10,595 bases of DNA from a virus. Its lineage: Duplodnaviria > Heunggongvirae > Uroviricota > Caudoviricetes. Below, piece after piece: positions 1 through 7,282 of the stretch. Made by a program: the position numbers and the translations under genes. Position 1 is the first letter of the stretch, and each line of letters starts with the position of its first letter. Below the pieces are notes generated by a model. It was not told where the DNA came from. It was given only the letters and a program-made list of their open reading frames with translations, and made no database searches. The DNA is taken from the IMG/VR virus record IMGVR_UViG_2740892219_000002, one strand, 5' to 3'.

Positions 1-19
1 ACATCGCTGACTCTCCGGA

Positions 20-760
20 TTAACTGGCGGTGACGTTGATTTCTGCAACCGCAGCAAACTCACCATTACCGGATACAACCGGAATGTTGACCTTACCTGC
101 AGCAACGCCCTTCACGGTGATGGTCATACCACTGACCGACACGGTGGCTTTTGTTTTATCCGCAGACACCGCCCGGAAGCTCTTGTCGGTTGCACCTTCC
201 GGCTGGAATGCCACGGTCAGCGTGGTGCTCTGCCCTTTCACTACGGAAGCACTGGCGGGTGTCACCGTCATGCCGGTTGCCGCCGTCACCGTGCTGCGAT
301 CTTCTGCCATTGACGGACGGCCCACATTGGTGACCTTCACCGTGCGGGTGATCGCTTCCTTCGCCGTTACTGCCTTACCGATACTGCTGACCCAGCCACG
401 GAACACATCAACCGTACCGTTCGGGAAGCGGATTTTATAGGCCCGGACATCCCCCTCATTAAACCACGCCAGCAGCGCCTGCTGCCCCTGCTCTCCGGGC
501 ATCCACGCCAGCGTAAAGCTGGTATCTCCGGCTGACTTCTGCCCCTGTCCGGTCGCGGTCCAGTCCGCATCTTCATCATCGAGATAACTGTCGTCATAGG
601 ACTCAGCGGTCAGTTCGCCGGGCGTCAGGTCTTTAACTTTAGCCAGACGCGACCAGTCAACGTCTGAAAGCGGGTTCGCATAAGGGTCACCGTTCCCCTT
701 ATAAACCCACAGTGTGGTCCCGGCCCCTTTCACCGGCATTGTAGGATTTGGTACAGGCAT
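20..760 (-). CDS. V: Major tail tube protein, lambda gpV-like, with an Ala/Thr/Val/Ser-rich C-terminal region consistent with an Ig-like domain. Start placed at the ATG at 760-758, not the upstream ATG at 790.
   Basis: ORF-track protein from its 11th residue ([22 protein letters not shown]...) matches my recollection of lambda gpV nearly residue for residue. GAGGA lies 5 nt upstream of the ATG at 760. Stop TAA at 22-20. Sits directly downstream of the U homologue as in lambda. Confidence 0.9.
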   Translation of the reverse strand: MPVPNPTMPVKGAGTTLWVYKGNGDPYANPLSDVDWSRLAKVKDLTPGELTAESYDDSYLDDEDADWTATGQGQKSAGDTSFTLAWMPGEQGQQALLAWFNEGDVRAYKIRFPNGTVDVFRGWVSSIGKAVTAKEAITRTVKVTNVGRPSMAEDRSTVTAATGMTVTPASASVVKGQSTTLTVAFQPEGATDKSFRAVSADKTKATVSVSGMTITVKGVAAGKVNIPVVSGNGEFAAVAEINVTAS

Positions 761-767
761 ATCGTCC

Positions 768-1163
768 TCACATTTCATAGGTAATGACATAAGTCAGATC
801 GGCTGAACTCCACAGGCCCGCATCATCGTCGCGCCGGTAGTCATAGCCACTGGCCACCATACTGGTGATCAAATCTGACAGTGCCGGGATATCGCTCATC
901 ACCGGATAAATCCGGGACTCCATCCACGAATCCAGCTCTGAATCCGGCACCTGAGCAGGCAGGAAAACTTCGATATGCAGCTCTGCCTGCCAGGTATCGC
1001 TGTCCAGCTCTTCGCCCGTGTATTCAGCGCCGGTGAGATAAACGGCAACTGCCGGAAAATCCGCCTCATCAAAAACAGCGGGGCGACCATCAAAAAACGT
1101 CGCCCCGGTGTCATGCTTCTCCAGTGCATCCAGTACGGCTGCACGGAGTTCAGTATGTTTCAT
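768..1163 (-). CDS. U: Tail terminator protein, lambda gpU-like (131 aa)
   Basis: 131-aa ORF ([33 protein letters not shown]...), same length as lambda gpU and near-identical to it as I recall it. Its ATG overlaps the Z stop (ATGA at 1163-1160). Confidence 0.9.
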   Translation of the reverse strand: MKHTELRAAVLDALEKHDTGATFFDGRPAVFDEADFPAVAVYLTGAEYTGEELDSDTWQAELHIEVFLPAQVPDSELDSWMESRIYPVMSDIPALSDLITSMVASGYDYRRDDDAGLWSSADLTYVITYEM

Positions 1164-1738
1164 CGCTTTATTACCATCCTCAGCTGATGCTGCAGCGCAT
1201 AGCCCAGCTCTTTCGGAAGACGCTCACGCCGTATCCGTTCAATATTCTGTTTAAACGCCGTGGTCAGCGGCACCGCCATCGGAATTTTCACCACATCAAT
1301 GGGGTAACGGTTTTTCCCGGCCACACGCTGCATGACATGCCACCGGCCATTTTTCAGTTGCTGAATAAACGCGCCGGGAATACGACGGTTTCCCACCACA
1401 AGCACGCTGCCGCCACCTTTCAGGGATGAACGCTGCCCCTTTTTACGACGCCTGCGGCGGGACAGGACAACCCGCGCATTCCCCAGCCTGATTACGGGCA
1501 AATCCCCCCGGTTAACTTTGATTCTGGCCTGCGGATTTTTGACCGTGGCCCTTTTCAGCCTGGCCCTTTCCTTTACCAGTTTCCGGCGTACCTTTGTCTC
1601 ACGGGCAACCTGTGATGAAGACTGATTAATCGCCGTTGTAGCCACGCGGTTAATGGCCATTGCGGCGGCACCAGGCACCGCCGTTTTGCTGATACGGCTG
1701 AGGTTTTCAACGGCCTGCTCAAGACCCTGTATGGCCAT
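1160..1738 (-). CDS. Z: Tail completion protein, lambda gpZ-like (192 aa). Start placed at the internal ATG at 1738, not the ORF-track start at 1804.
   Basis: Protein from MAIQGLEQAVENLSRISKTAVPGAAAMAINRV... matches lambda gpZ closely by recollection, including the RRRRRKKGQRSSLKGGG basic stretch. AAGGGGG lies 5 nt upstream of the ATG at 1738. Length from this start equals lambda gpZ. Confidence 0.88.
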   Translation of the reverse strand: MAIQGLEQAVENLSRISKTAVPGAAAMAINRVATTAINQSSSQVARETKVRRKLVKERARLKRATVKNPQARIKVNRGDLPVIRLGNARVVLSRRRRRKKGQRSSLKGGGSVLVVGNRRIPGAFIQQLKNGRWHVMQRVAGKNRYPIDVVKIPMAVPLTTAFKQNIERIRRERLPKELGYALQHQLRMVIKR

Positions 1739-1749
1739 ATATCCCCCTT

Positions 1750-2103
1750 TCAGCGACGACGGCTGGCGGCAGGTGGTTGCCCCCGGTTGAGCCAGAGATA
1801 ACAACTCCCTCCGTCATCCGGAGAAACACGATCCACCCAGAATATCTCGCCGTTAATGGTCAGCGTGTCACCACGCCGTACAGCACAAACCGTATCCGTA
1901 AGCACAAATAATGACGGGTTGCTTCCTTCAATACGGATCCCACTACTGGCAAAACCCAGCGACTCCGGATCGTCAAAAACGCCATGAACCTCGCCGCCAC
2001 GCTGTGCACCGGAGGTGAACTGCGCACTGATGCCCATCACTTCAACAATCGTACTGTCCACCCCGGCAAGGGCGGCATCAAAGGCATTCTGAAAATCACG
2101 CAT
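1750..2103 (-). CDS. FII: Head-tail joining (head completion) protein, lambda gpFII-like (117 aa). Start placed at the ATG at 2103.
   Basis: From MRDFQNAFDAALAG... the protein is 117 aa, as in lambda FII. C-terminal half (GVFDDPE...SPSLFV...RRGDTLTI...FWVDRVSPDDGGSC.LWL.RG.PPA..RRR) is strongly conserved; N-terminal half is more divergent. The ATG overlaps the FI stop by 8 nt (ATGCGTGA). Confidence 0.85.
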   Translation of the reverse strand: MRDFQNAFDAALAGVDSTIVEVMGISAQFTSGAQRGGEVHGVFDDPESLGFASSGIRIEGSNPSLFVLTDTVCAVRRGDTLTINGEIFWVDRVSPDDGGSCYLWLNRGQPPAASRRR

Positions 2104-2470
2104 AAACAGCCATTCCGCCATCAACGTGTGTTTTTGCATCTGAGGACATAATCAGAATCACCCGACCAACATCCGCAAGCTCAACGGATTCCCCCGTTTC
2201 ACCATCAATGCCACAGAGATGGAGGCAGGTCAGAACTCTGATGCGCGTTAACGCGCCGGATGTTTCCTCACGAACATCATGAGCCGCGGTTTCCTGCTCC
2301 CGGATATCCATATTCATAACCTGTACATCATCGCCGGATGACTGCATTTCCTCTTCCCATTCCGCCACCCGCTGCGCTATCTCTGCGGCACTCCCGGATA
2401 TATCCGGCTCACGCCCCAGAATCAGGGCCAGTTCATCAAGCCGTTTCAGATTTTGCTCTTTCGTTGCCAT
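2096..2470 (-). CDS. FI: DNA-packaging / head assembly protein, lambda gpFI-like (124 aa). Start placed at the ATG at 2470.
   Basis: Position between E and FII. Acidic protein whose N-terminus (MATKEQNLKRLDELALILGRE...) aligns with the start of lambda FI as I recall it. AGGGGG lies 5 nt upstream of the ATG. The longer ORF-track version begins with GTG at 2518, inside the E-FI hairpin. Confidence 0.72.
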   Translation of the reverse strand: MATKEQNLKRLDELALILGREPDISGSAAEIAQRVAEWEEEMQSSGDDVQVMNMDIREQETAAHDVREETSGALTRIRVLTCLHLCGIDGETGESVELADVGRVILIMSSDAKTHVDGGMAVYA

Positions 2471-2484
2471 ATCAGCCCCCTGTG

Positions 2485-2512
2485 AAAAAAGACACGGGGG
2501 CATTTCGCCCCC
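2485..2512 (-). terminator. Putative intrinsic terminator or attenuator hairpin between E and FI: stem GGGGGC / GCCCCC with a 5-nt loop (2512-2496), a 5-nt spacer, then T6 on the transcribed strand (2490-2485).
   Basis: Seen directly: plus strand 2496-2512 gggggcatttcgccccc, plus aaaaaa at 2485-2490. Lies in the 51-nt gap between the E stop (2524-2522) and the FI start (2470). An alternative pairing (cccccgtg...cacaggggg) would sequester the T-run and the FI ribosome-binding site. Confidence 0.4.
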
Positions 2513-2521
2513 GCTCACGGA

Positions 2522-3550
2522 TTATTTCACCTGTACCACCACAAACTCATCCGGGTCCGGCAACACCATCAGCGGCGCGGACTGCGTCATGGTAAATTCA
2601 CGGGCGGGATCCCCCACCGTCAGCCAGTGTTTCGGATAACGGGAAGAGGCCACCACACCTTCGGACAACGCCTGAGCATCCTGAATGGCACCGTAACAAC
2701 GGATCCCATCTGCAGCAGTATTCCCCAGAACCAGCATGCCATCTGGAAGATAACGTTTTTCGATACCGTCTTCTGCTATATAAGACGTTTTCGCCACCAC
2801 AATGGCCAGATCGCCGTAATACCCCTTGAAGGACACCACTGCGCCCAGATCTTTCACTGCCGTTTCGAGTTGAGAATTTGAACCGCGACGGGTATCCAGT
2901 TTTTCGCGGAACAGCTTAAAACCATTCAGAAGACGCCAGACGGTACCGTCCATAATGGCAATATTCACAAGACCGCTGGCTTGGTCGCAGTAGAGGTCAA
3001 TATCATGTGTAGGATCGAACGTGTCACGATCCTGTTTTGACCACTCCTTACCACTACCCTGAGTGATGTTATTCTTCGTCGACCTGCCAAAATCGACCTC
3101 AATTTTCTCGAACTGGTCTCCTTCCATAGTGTATTTGCCATACAACACAGCATTTACCGCCTGCATTTCTTCCACCTGGACAATCGCGTGCTCTTCCTGT
3201 TTGAGGTTATCGGTAATGATACGCAGACGGCGGTAAGCCGGATCATTCAGTTGAGATGGATCTTCACCAGGAAGGCGCTCAACCGCCTGCTGGTAATTAA
3301 ATTCGTGTTTCGGCTTGACGTAGCCCGGACGCAACACGCGGGTTTCACCACCACGATGACGCAGCACTTTTCCTTCAACAACCGGGGAGACATAGGCCGC
3401 CACCGGCGTTTTTCCGGTAATTTTGTCCAGCATCACCTCTTCGGTATGGAAATTCACCGTACGGCGGAAAAACAGCTCCAGAAACAGCGCACGAAATTTA
3501 ACTTTTTGTTCGGTATAACCGAGTAACTGGCGGGTCGTAAACAATCCCAT
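2522..3550 (-). CDS. E: Major capsid protein, lambda gpE-like (342 aa)
   Basis: 342-aa ORF (lambda gpE is 341 aa) with conserved blocks such as PGYVKPKHE, DPAYRR.RII, QVEEMQAV, GKYTM.G, DTRRGSNS.LETAVKDLG, GDPAREFTM.QSAPLM. AAGGA lies 8 nt upstream of the ATG at 3550. Follows the D homologue as in lambda. Confidence 0.92.
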   Translation of the reverse strand: MGLFTTRQLLGYTEQKVKFRALFLELFFRRTVNFHTEEVMLDKITGKTPVAAYVSPVVEGKVLRHRGGETRVLRPGYVKPKHEFNYQQAVERLPGEDPSQLNDPAYRRLRIITDNLKQEEHAIVQVEEMQAVNAVLYGKYTMEGDQFEKIEVDFGRSTKNNITQGSGKEWSKQDRDTFDPTHDIDLYCDQASGLVNIAIMDGTVWRLLNGFKLFREKLDTRRGSNSQLETAVKDLGAVVSFKGYYGDLAIVVAKTSYIAEDGIEKRYLPDGMLVLGNTAADGIRCYGAIQDAQALSEGVVASSRYPKHWLTVGDPAREFTMTQSAPLMVLPDPDEFVVVQVK

Positions 3551-3578
3551 AAATCAGTTCCTTTCATTCAGAAATCAG

Positions 3579-3600
3579 TCAGGCCACCGCGGTGGCCTGA
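3579..3600. other. 22-bp perfect palindrome TCAGGCCACCGCGGTGGCCTGA in the D-E intercistronic region; predicted GC-rich RNA hairpin (9-bp stem, 4-nt loop).
   Basis: Seen directly. Lies 8 nt past the D stop (3610-3608) and about 14 nt before the E ribosome-binding site. No U-run follows on the mRNA, so it is not a classic terminator. Confidence 0.6.
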
Positions 3601-3607
3601 TAACGTG

Positions 3608-3955
3608 TTACGGCAGCGCCGCGTGACTCAGGGCACTGCCAGCAAAGGCGTTGGCCTTTTTGTGTTCATCCACACTTTCAGGCCAGTGGATTGCCTCCGT
3701 CGCAAAGGTTCCCGACTTGTAATACGTCAGCGCCGTCTCTGTGCCTTCAAGCGGCAGTACCAGTATGCCAACCGCACTACCGGCTTTCTGTCCGTCCCAG
3801 ACCACCAGTTTCCCGGTGGCTTCATCCAGCATCAGGGGCGTCAGTGCCGGTGTTGGCGAGGAAATCCCGCTGCTGCCTGTGGCGGTATGAGCCGGATCAT
3901 TACCGGCAAAAATACGTACTTCCGCACGCTGTTCAGTGATGGTTTTCGTCACCAT
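3608..3955 (-). CDS. D: Head decoration protein, lambda gpD-like (115 aa)
   Basis: 115-aa ORF (lambda gpD is 110 aa) with conserved DPAHTAT, TPLMLD, KLV.WDG, AVGIL, YKSGTF and AFAG motifs. AGGAGA lies 10 nt upstream of the ATG at 3955. Sits between C and E as in lambda. Confidence 0.9.
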   Translation of the reverse strand: MVTKTITEQRAEVRIFAGNDPAHTATGSSGISSPTPALTPLMLDEATGKLVVWDGQKAGSAVGILVLPLEGTETALTYYKSGTFATEAIHWPESVDEHKKANAFAGSALSHAALP

Positions 3956-3991
3956 ATTGTAAAAATCTCCTATTGATGGTCAGCACTGGCT

Positions 3992-4543
3992 TCATGGCAT
4001 GGCCATGAGCATTTTCACGTCCGCATCACCGTCTGCTGACGTCTGTGGCACGCCACCCTGTACCGCTGCCGGTGAATGGTTCGCCATGAAATGTTCAAAC
4101 ATGGCGGTTGTGGATGCAGAGACCGGTTCTGCCTTACCTGATCCCGCAGCCAGCACAGCCCGGGCGCTCTCCACAGTCATTCCCAGGCAGGCAGCCAGCT
4201 GTTCAGCCTGCGCCTCAGCCCCTTTTGCCTCATCCAGTGCCATGATCTGATCACGGAGTGAGGGTCCGGCATCCGCCTGCGGTGAAGCAGCCAGGATCGG
4301 GCGGGCTTTTTCCACCGTCATCTCCGGCATCGCCGCCAGCGTTGCCGCCAGTTGTTCACGACCTTTCGCTTCTTCACACGCCATAATGCGATCGGCTTCA
4401 CTCTGCGCGGGTACCACCGGCTGCTGTGGTGCCGCCGCGGCCAGAATCGCCCGGGCCTGTTCAACGCTCATGCCCTGTTGTCCTGCCAGCATCGTGGCAA
4501 GCTGTTCACGTCCTTTCGCTTCCTGGCATGTCAGGATCCCCAT
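3992..4543 (-). CDS. Possible nested in-frame scaffold protein (lambda Nu3 analogue), starting at the internal ATG at 4543 (residue M319 of C).
   Basis: Lambda expresses its scaffold Nu3 from an internal in-frame start inside C (established knowledge). Here AGGAGA lies 11 nt upstream of the internal ATG at 4543-4541 (seen), immediately before the repeat region. The exact start is inference. Confidence 0.35.
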   Translation of the reverse strand: MGILTCQEAKGREQLATMLAGQQGMSVEQARAILAAAAPQQPVVPAQSEADRIMACEEAKGREQLAATLAAMPEMTVEKARPILAASPQADAGPSLRDQIMALDEAKGAEAQAEQLAACLGMTVESARAVLAAGSGKAEPVSASTTAMFEHFMANHSPAAVQGGVPQTSADGDADVKMLMAMP

Positions 4544-5497
4544 AACTCGCTGGTTCTCCTGCGCGGCGGCTTCCGTTGCAGTTAATTGCGGCATAGTGCC
4601 TCCTCTGACATTACTGTTCAGCGCCGTGGCCATCACACTGATGGCATCCGACGCATTGACTAATTCATCCGCCAGCCCGGCATCAATGCCGGACTGACCT
4701 TCAAAAACGGCGGCCTCTGTTCCCGTGACGGCATCAACAGACAGGCCGGTAAACATCGCCACTTTTTCGGCAAACATCCGGCGCGCCGCATCAATCCGCT
4801 GCTGCATGTCCTGGCGAACCTCTGCCGGCAACGCTTCAAACTGATTGCCATCCACCTTGTGCGCCCCTGAGTAAATCAGCGTGATATCCACACCGGCCTG
4901 CGCCAGATGACCGGCATAGCTGACATGGCTCATCATCACGCCAATGGAGCCGATACGGGATGTCTGGGTAACCAGCCGTCGGGAGCAGGCCGACGCCAGC
5001 AGCATGGCTGCAGAACAGGCCGTGTCATTGCACAGTGCCCAGACCGGCTTCTGCTGACGGAGGCGGTAAATCATGTCAGCGCAGTCAAACGCTCCGGCGG
5101 CCTGCCCGCCCGGACTGTCAATGTCCAGCAGTACGCCCCGCACCTGGCTATCCGCCATTGCCTGCTGAAGACAGGCGACAATGCCGTCATAGCCTGTCAT
5201 TCCGGAAAATGGCCGCATACCACCCAGCCGGTGCACCAGCGTGCCGGTCACCGGCAGTACAGCAATACCGTTCACCACCCGGTAAACACGGGCCGGTCGT
5301 TTACCTCCGGCCATATACTCGTCCGTTTCAGCCAGCATTCCGGGAGCATCAAGCTGTACCTGTTGTTGTGGTACCGAAAGACTTGCTGCCCCCATCTCGC
5401 GCCCGAGCGCGCAAAAGAAAACCCGCGCATAGGCGGGCTCCAGAAGCAGCGGTTCATTGAATGCTGCGGCAATAATGTGTGAAAGATTACGTCTCAC
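3992..5497 (-). CDS. C: Capsid assembly (prohead) protease, lambda gpC-like (S49/ClpP-like family), with a C-terminal scaffold-type repeat region. GTG start at 5497.
   Basis: 501-aa ORF. N-terminal two-thirds align with lambda gpC as I recall it (AFNEPL.LEPAYARVFFCAL, NGIAVLPV.GTLV, SGMTGY.GI, GG.AAGAFDCAD.I, KPVWAL.ND..CSA..LLASA.SRRLVTQT.R.GSIGVMM.H, ITLIYSG.HKVDGN, TEAAV..GQ..IDAGLADELVN). AGAGGAGA lies about 9 nt upstream of the GTG. Start overlaps the portal stop by 11 nt. Confidence 0.9.
   Translation of the reverse strand: MRRNLSHIIAAAFNEPLLLEPAYARVFFCALGREMGAASLSVPQQQVQLDAPGMLAETDEYMAGGKRPARVYRVVNGIAVLPVTGTLVHRLGGMRPFSGMTGYDGIVACLQQAMADSQVRGVLLDIDSPGGQAAGAFDCADMIYRLRQQKPVWALCNDTACSAAMLLASACSRRLVTQTSRIGSIGVMMSHVSYAGHLAQAGVDITLIYSGAHKVDGNQFEALPAEVRQDMQQRIDAARRMFAEKVAMFTGLSVDAVTGTEAAVFEGQSGIDAGLADELVNASDAISVMATALNSNVRGGTMPQLTATEAAAQENQRVMGILTCQEAKGREQLATMLAGQQGMSVEQARAILAAAAPQQPVVPAQSEADRIMACEEAKGREQLAATLAAMPEMTVEKARPILAASPQADAGPSLRDQIMALDEAKGAEAQAEQLAACLGMTVESARAVLAAGSGKAEPVSASTTAMFEHFMANHSPAAVQGGVPQTSADGDADVKMLMAMP
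4142..4549 (-). repeat. Three tandem in-frame copies (about 36-40 aa each, roughly 150-nt period) of a scaffold-type motif within the C/Nu3 coding region.
   Basis: Protein copies: RVMGILTCQEAKGREQLATMLAGQQGMSVEQARAILAAA, RIMACEEAKGREQLAATLAAMPEMTVEKARPILAAS, QIMALDEAKGAEAQAEQLAACLGMTVESARAVLAAG. DNA-level echoes such as gttcacgNcctttcgcttc at 4355-4372 and about 4504-4521. Confidence 0.7.
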
Positions 5498-7079
5498 GTG
5501 GTGTTGTCTCCTCTTCCGGCCTGCGACTCTCCGCTATCTGCTGCTGATACGCCTGCGCTATCCACACCGGACGTGAGAGTCCGGCTTTTTCCCGCTCTGC
5601 AGATTCCCTGACCTGCTGGCGGAAAATGTCCTGATAATCCTCGCCCATCAGCGCCAGCTCTTTCTCATACGTGCTCAGTCCGGCCTCAATGCGCATCACT
5701 GATTCCTGGACTTCCTTGAGCCCATCAATGGTCATTCTTCCGGCTCCAATCCACTCTGCCCGTGACCAGGCTGATCGCGCCTGATAAAAATCAAAACGTG
5801 CCCGTGGCGGACGAATAATCCCCCGAAGAAGTGCCTCTTCCAGCCAGCAGGAAAACATCTGCGTGGCCAGCCGGGCCGCAATAAATTTTCGCCGCCCCAT
5901 AAAATAGCGCCACGACTCATTGGCGGAGGCGCGGGCACTTGAGTAACTGACCTTCGAGTAATCACGGGACAACTGTTCGTAGGAAACGCCAAGACCGGCG
6001 GCGATATACCGCAGCAACGCCTGTTCAAGCGCAGAAAATCCATTGTCTGAATCCTGCGCAGTCTGTAGTTTCAGATCATCACCAGGGAAAAGGTGCGGAA
6101 TTTTGACACCGCCCAGTGTCACGTTATTCGTGTCATACCAGCTGGAGAACTTCTCCAGAATATTAATAAGCGGATTATCCTTCTGCTCCTGTGGCGCGCC
6201 GGCGATATATTCAAAGGCCTTTTCGGTATCAAGTTCACTTTCAATCGTCGCTGCATACATCGCCTTCACTATGGCCGACTGAAGCTGTGTTGCCTGCAGG
6301 GAATCGAGCATCTTCAGCCGTTCCATGACGCTGTAAAACTGATTAGCCCCACGAGTCTGCCCGTCCTCCACCGGCTCGAAAATATGCAGCATGGCCGGAC
6401 GCCCGGTGGCAAGTTCACGCGGGATCCGTTCCCATCGTCCACTACCAGAGAACGGAAAATCATCCTCACAGATATGGTACGCAACGGCACGGCCATATCG
6501 ATCGACCTCCACACCGGCCCGCAGAAAGCGGTTCCCCATACCGTGTCCTGGCGTGTCCACCCGTTTCGGACTCACGGCTTTAAAACGCGTACGAAATAAC
6601 TGCGTGGTTTCCGTATCCCAGACCGGCTGCACAAAGATTTCGCCGTTAAACGCATGAACGCCCACACCTTCACGGATAAATTCCGTAAATGTGCGTTTTC
6701 CTTCCACGTCGATCTCGCCAAACATCCCTTCTGCGTATTCCGACCAGGCCGCCTCCACCTCATCGACAAAGCTTTTTGCTGCGGTCTCCCGCATCCCCAG
6801 CCAGCGCCAGTTCGGACGGTAGCTGATCAGAAACATATGCCCGACAATGTGATCCTTATGCAGGGCCACCGCATTAGCCGCTATTCCGTTATTGCGCACC
6901 AGATCATCTGCCCGGGCATTCCCCAGACGCAACGCGGGCAGCAGGGCCGCATCGACACTCTGCGCCGGTGGCAACCACTCCGCCATTTGCCCGCCAAATC
7001 CTGCGCCGCCCCCGTTGTAGCTGAGACTCTCACGAAGCGGAACGCCGTTCACATCAATCAGGACAGGCGTTCGTTTCAT
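5487..7079 (-). CDS. B: Portal protein, lambda gpB-like (530 aa)
   Basis: 530-aa ORF (lambda gpB is 533 aa) with long conserved blocks (DAALLP, GNARADDLVRNNG, KRTFT..IREGV..HAFNGE.FVQ..WDT, LFRT.F..VSPKR, EPVEDGQTRGAN.FYSVME..KMLD.LQ.TQLQSAIVKAMYAATIESELDT, LLRYIAAGLGVSYEQLSR, ARASANESW.YFMGRRKF, GRM.IDGLKEVQE.VM.IEAGLSTYEKE). Start ATG at 7079 overlaps the W stop (ATGA). Confidence 0.93.
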   Translation of the reverse strand: MKRTPVLIDVNGVPLRESLSYNGGGAGFGGQMAEWLPPAQSVDAALLPALRLGNARADDLVRNNGIAANAVALHKDHIVGHMFLISYRPNWRWLGMRETAAKSFVDEVEAAWSEYAEGMFGEIDVEGKRTFTEFIREGVGVHAFNGEIFVQPVWDTETTQLFRTRFKAVSPKRVDTPGHGMGNRFLRAGVEVDRYGRAVAYHICEDDFPFSGSGRWERIPRELATGRPAMLHIFEPVEDGQTRGANQFYSVMERLKMLDSLQATQLQSAIVKAMYAATIESELDTEKAFEYIAGAPQEQKDNPLINILEKFSSWYDTNNVTLGGVKIPHLFPGDDLKLQTAQDSDNGFSALEQALLRYIAAGLGVSYEQLSRDYSKVSYSSARASANESWRYFMGRRKFIAARLATQMFSCWLEEALLRGIIRPPRARFDFYQARSAWSRAEWIGAGRMTIDGLKEVQESVMRIEAGLSTYEKELALMGEDYQDIFRQQVRESAEREKAGLSRPVWIAQAYQQQIAESRRPEEETTPRET

Positions 7080-7282
7080 AACCTCACTCCCAGCGGACGA
7101 CGGCGACGTCGGGTTGTCCCCAGTACCGACTCCGCATCATTGATCGCCCGGTTAAGCTCATCCAGAGAAGCCGCCGTATATTCAATTCTGCGACCATCTT
7201 TCTGGACAGACACCACCCGTTTACCGGTTAATAAATCAAGGCGCGCCTGACGCAGCGCCTGCAGTTCAGCGACTGTAACCAT
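7076..7282 (-). CDS. W: Head-tail joining / head completion protein, lambda gpW-like (68 aa)
   Basis: 68-aa ORF, same length as lambda gpW, with the conserved core TGKRV..VQKDGRR.E.TA.S and a C-terminal RRRRP.G motif. GGAGGAG lies upstream of the ATG at 7282. Sits between the large terminase and portal genes as in lambda. Confidence 0.85.
   Translation of the reverse strand: MVTVAELQALRQARLDLLTGKRVVSVQKDGRRIEYTAASLDELNRAINDAESVLGTTRRRRRPLGVRL

Noticed and set aside
1-19. Probable start of the next tail gene (lambda G-like): ATG at 4-2 on the minus strand, with GGAGAG 6 nt upstream.
   Set aside because: Only one codon lies inside the window, so it cannot be supported as a feature. Mentioned for completeness.
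30-440. Plus-strand ORFs antisense to the structural genes (for example 30-440, 1124-1429, 4907-5482, 5035-5460, 6093-6599, 6654-7250, 8043-8744).
   Set aside because: They lie entirely inside well-supported minus-strand genes with strong homology and synteny. Their products are low-complexity and Arg/Pro/Cys-rich, typical of shadow frames in GC-rich coding DNA, and none has a convincing ribosome-binding site.
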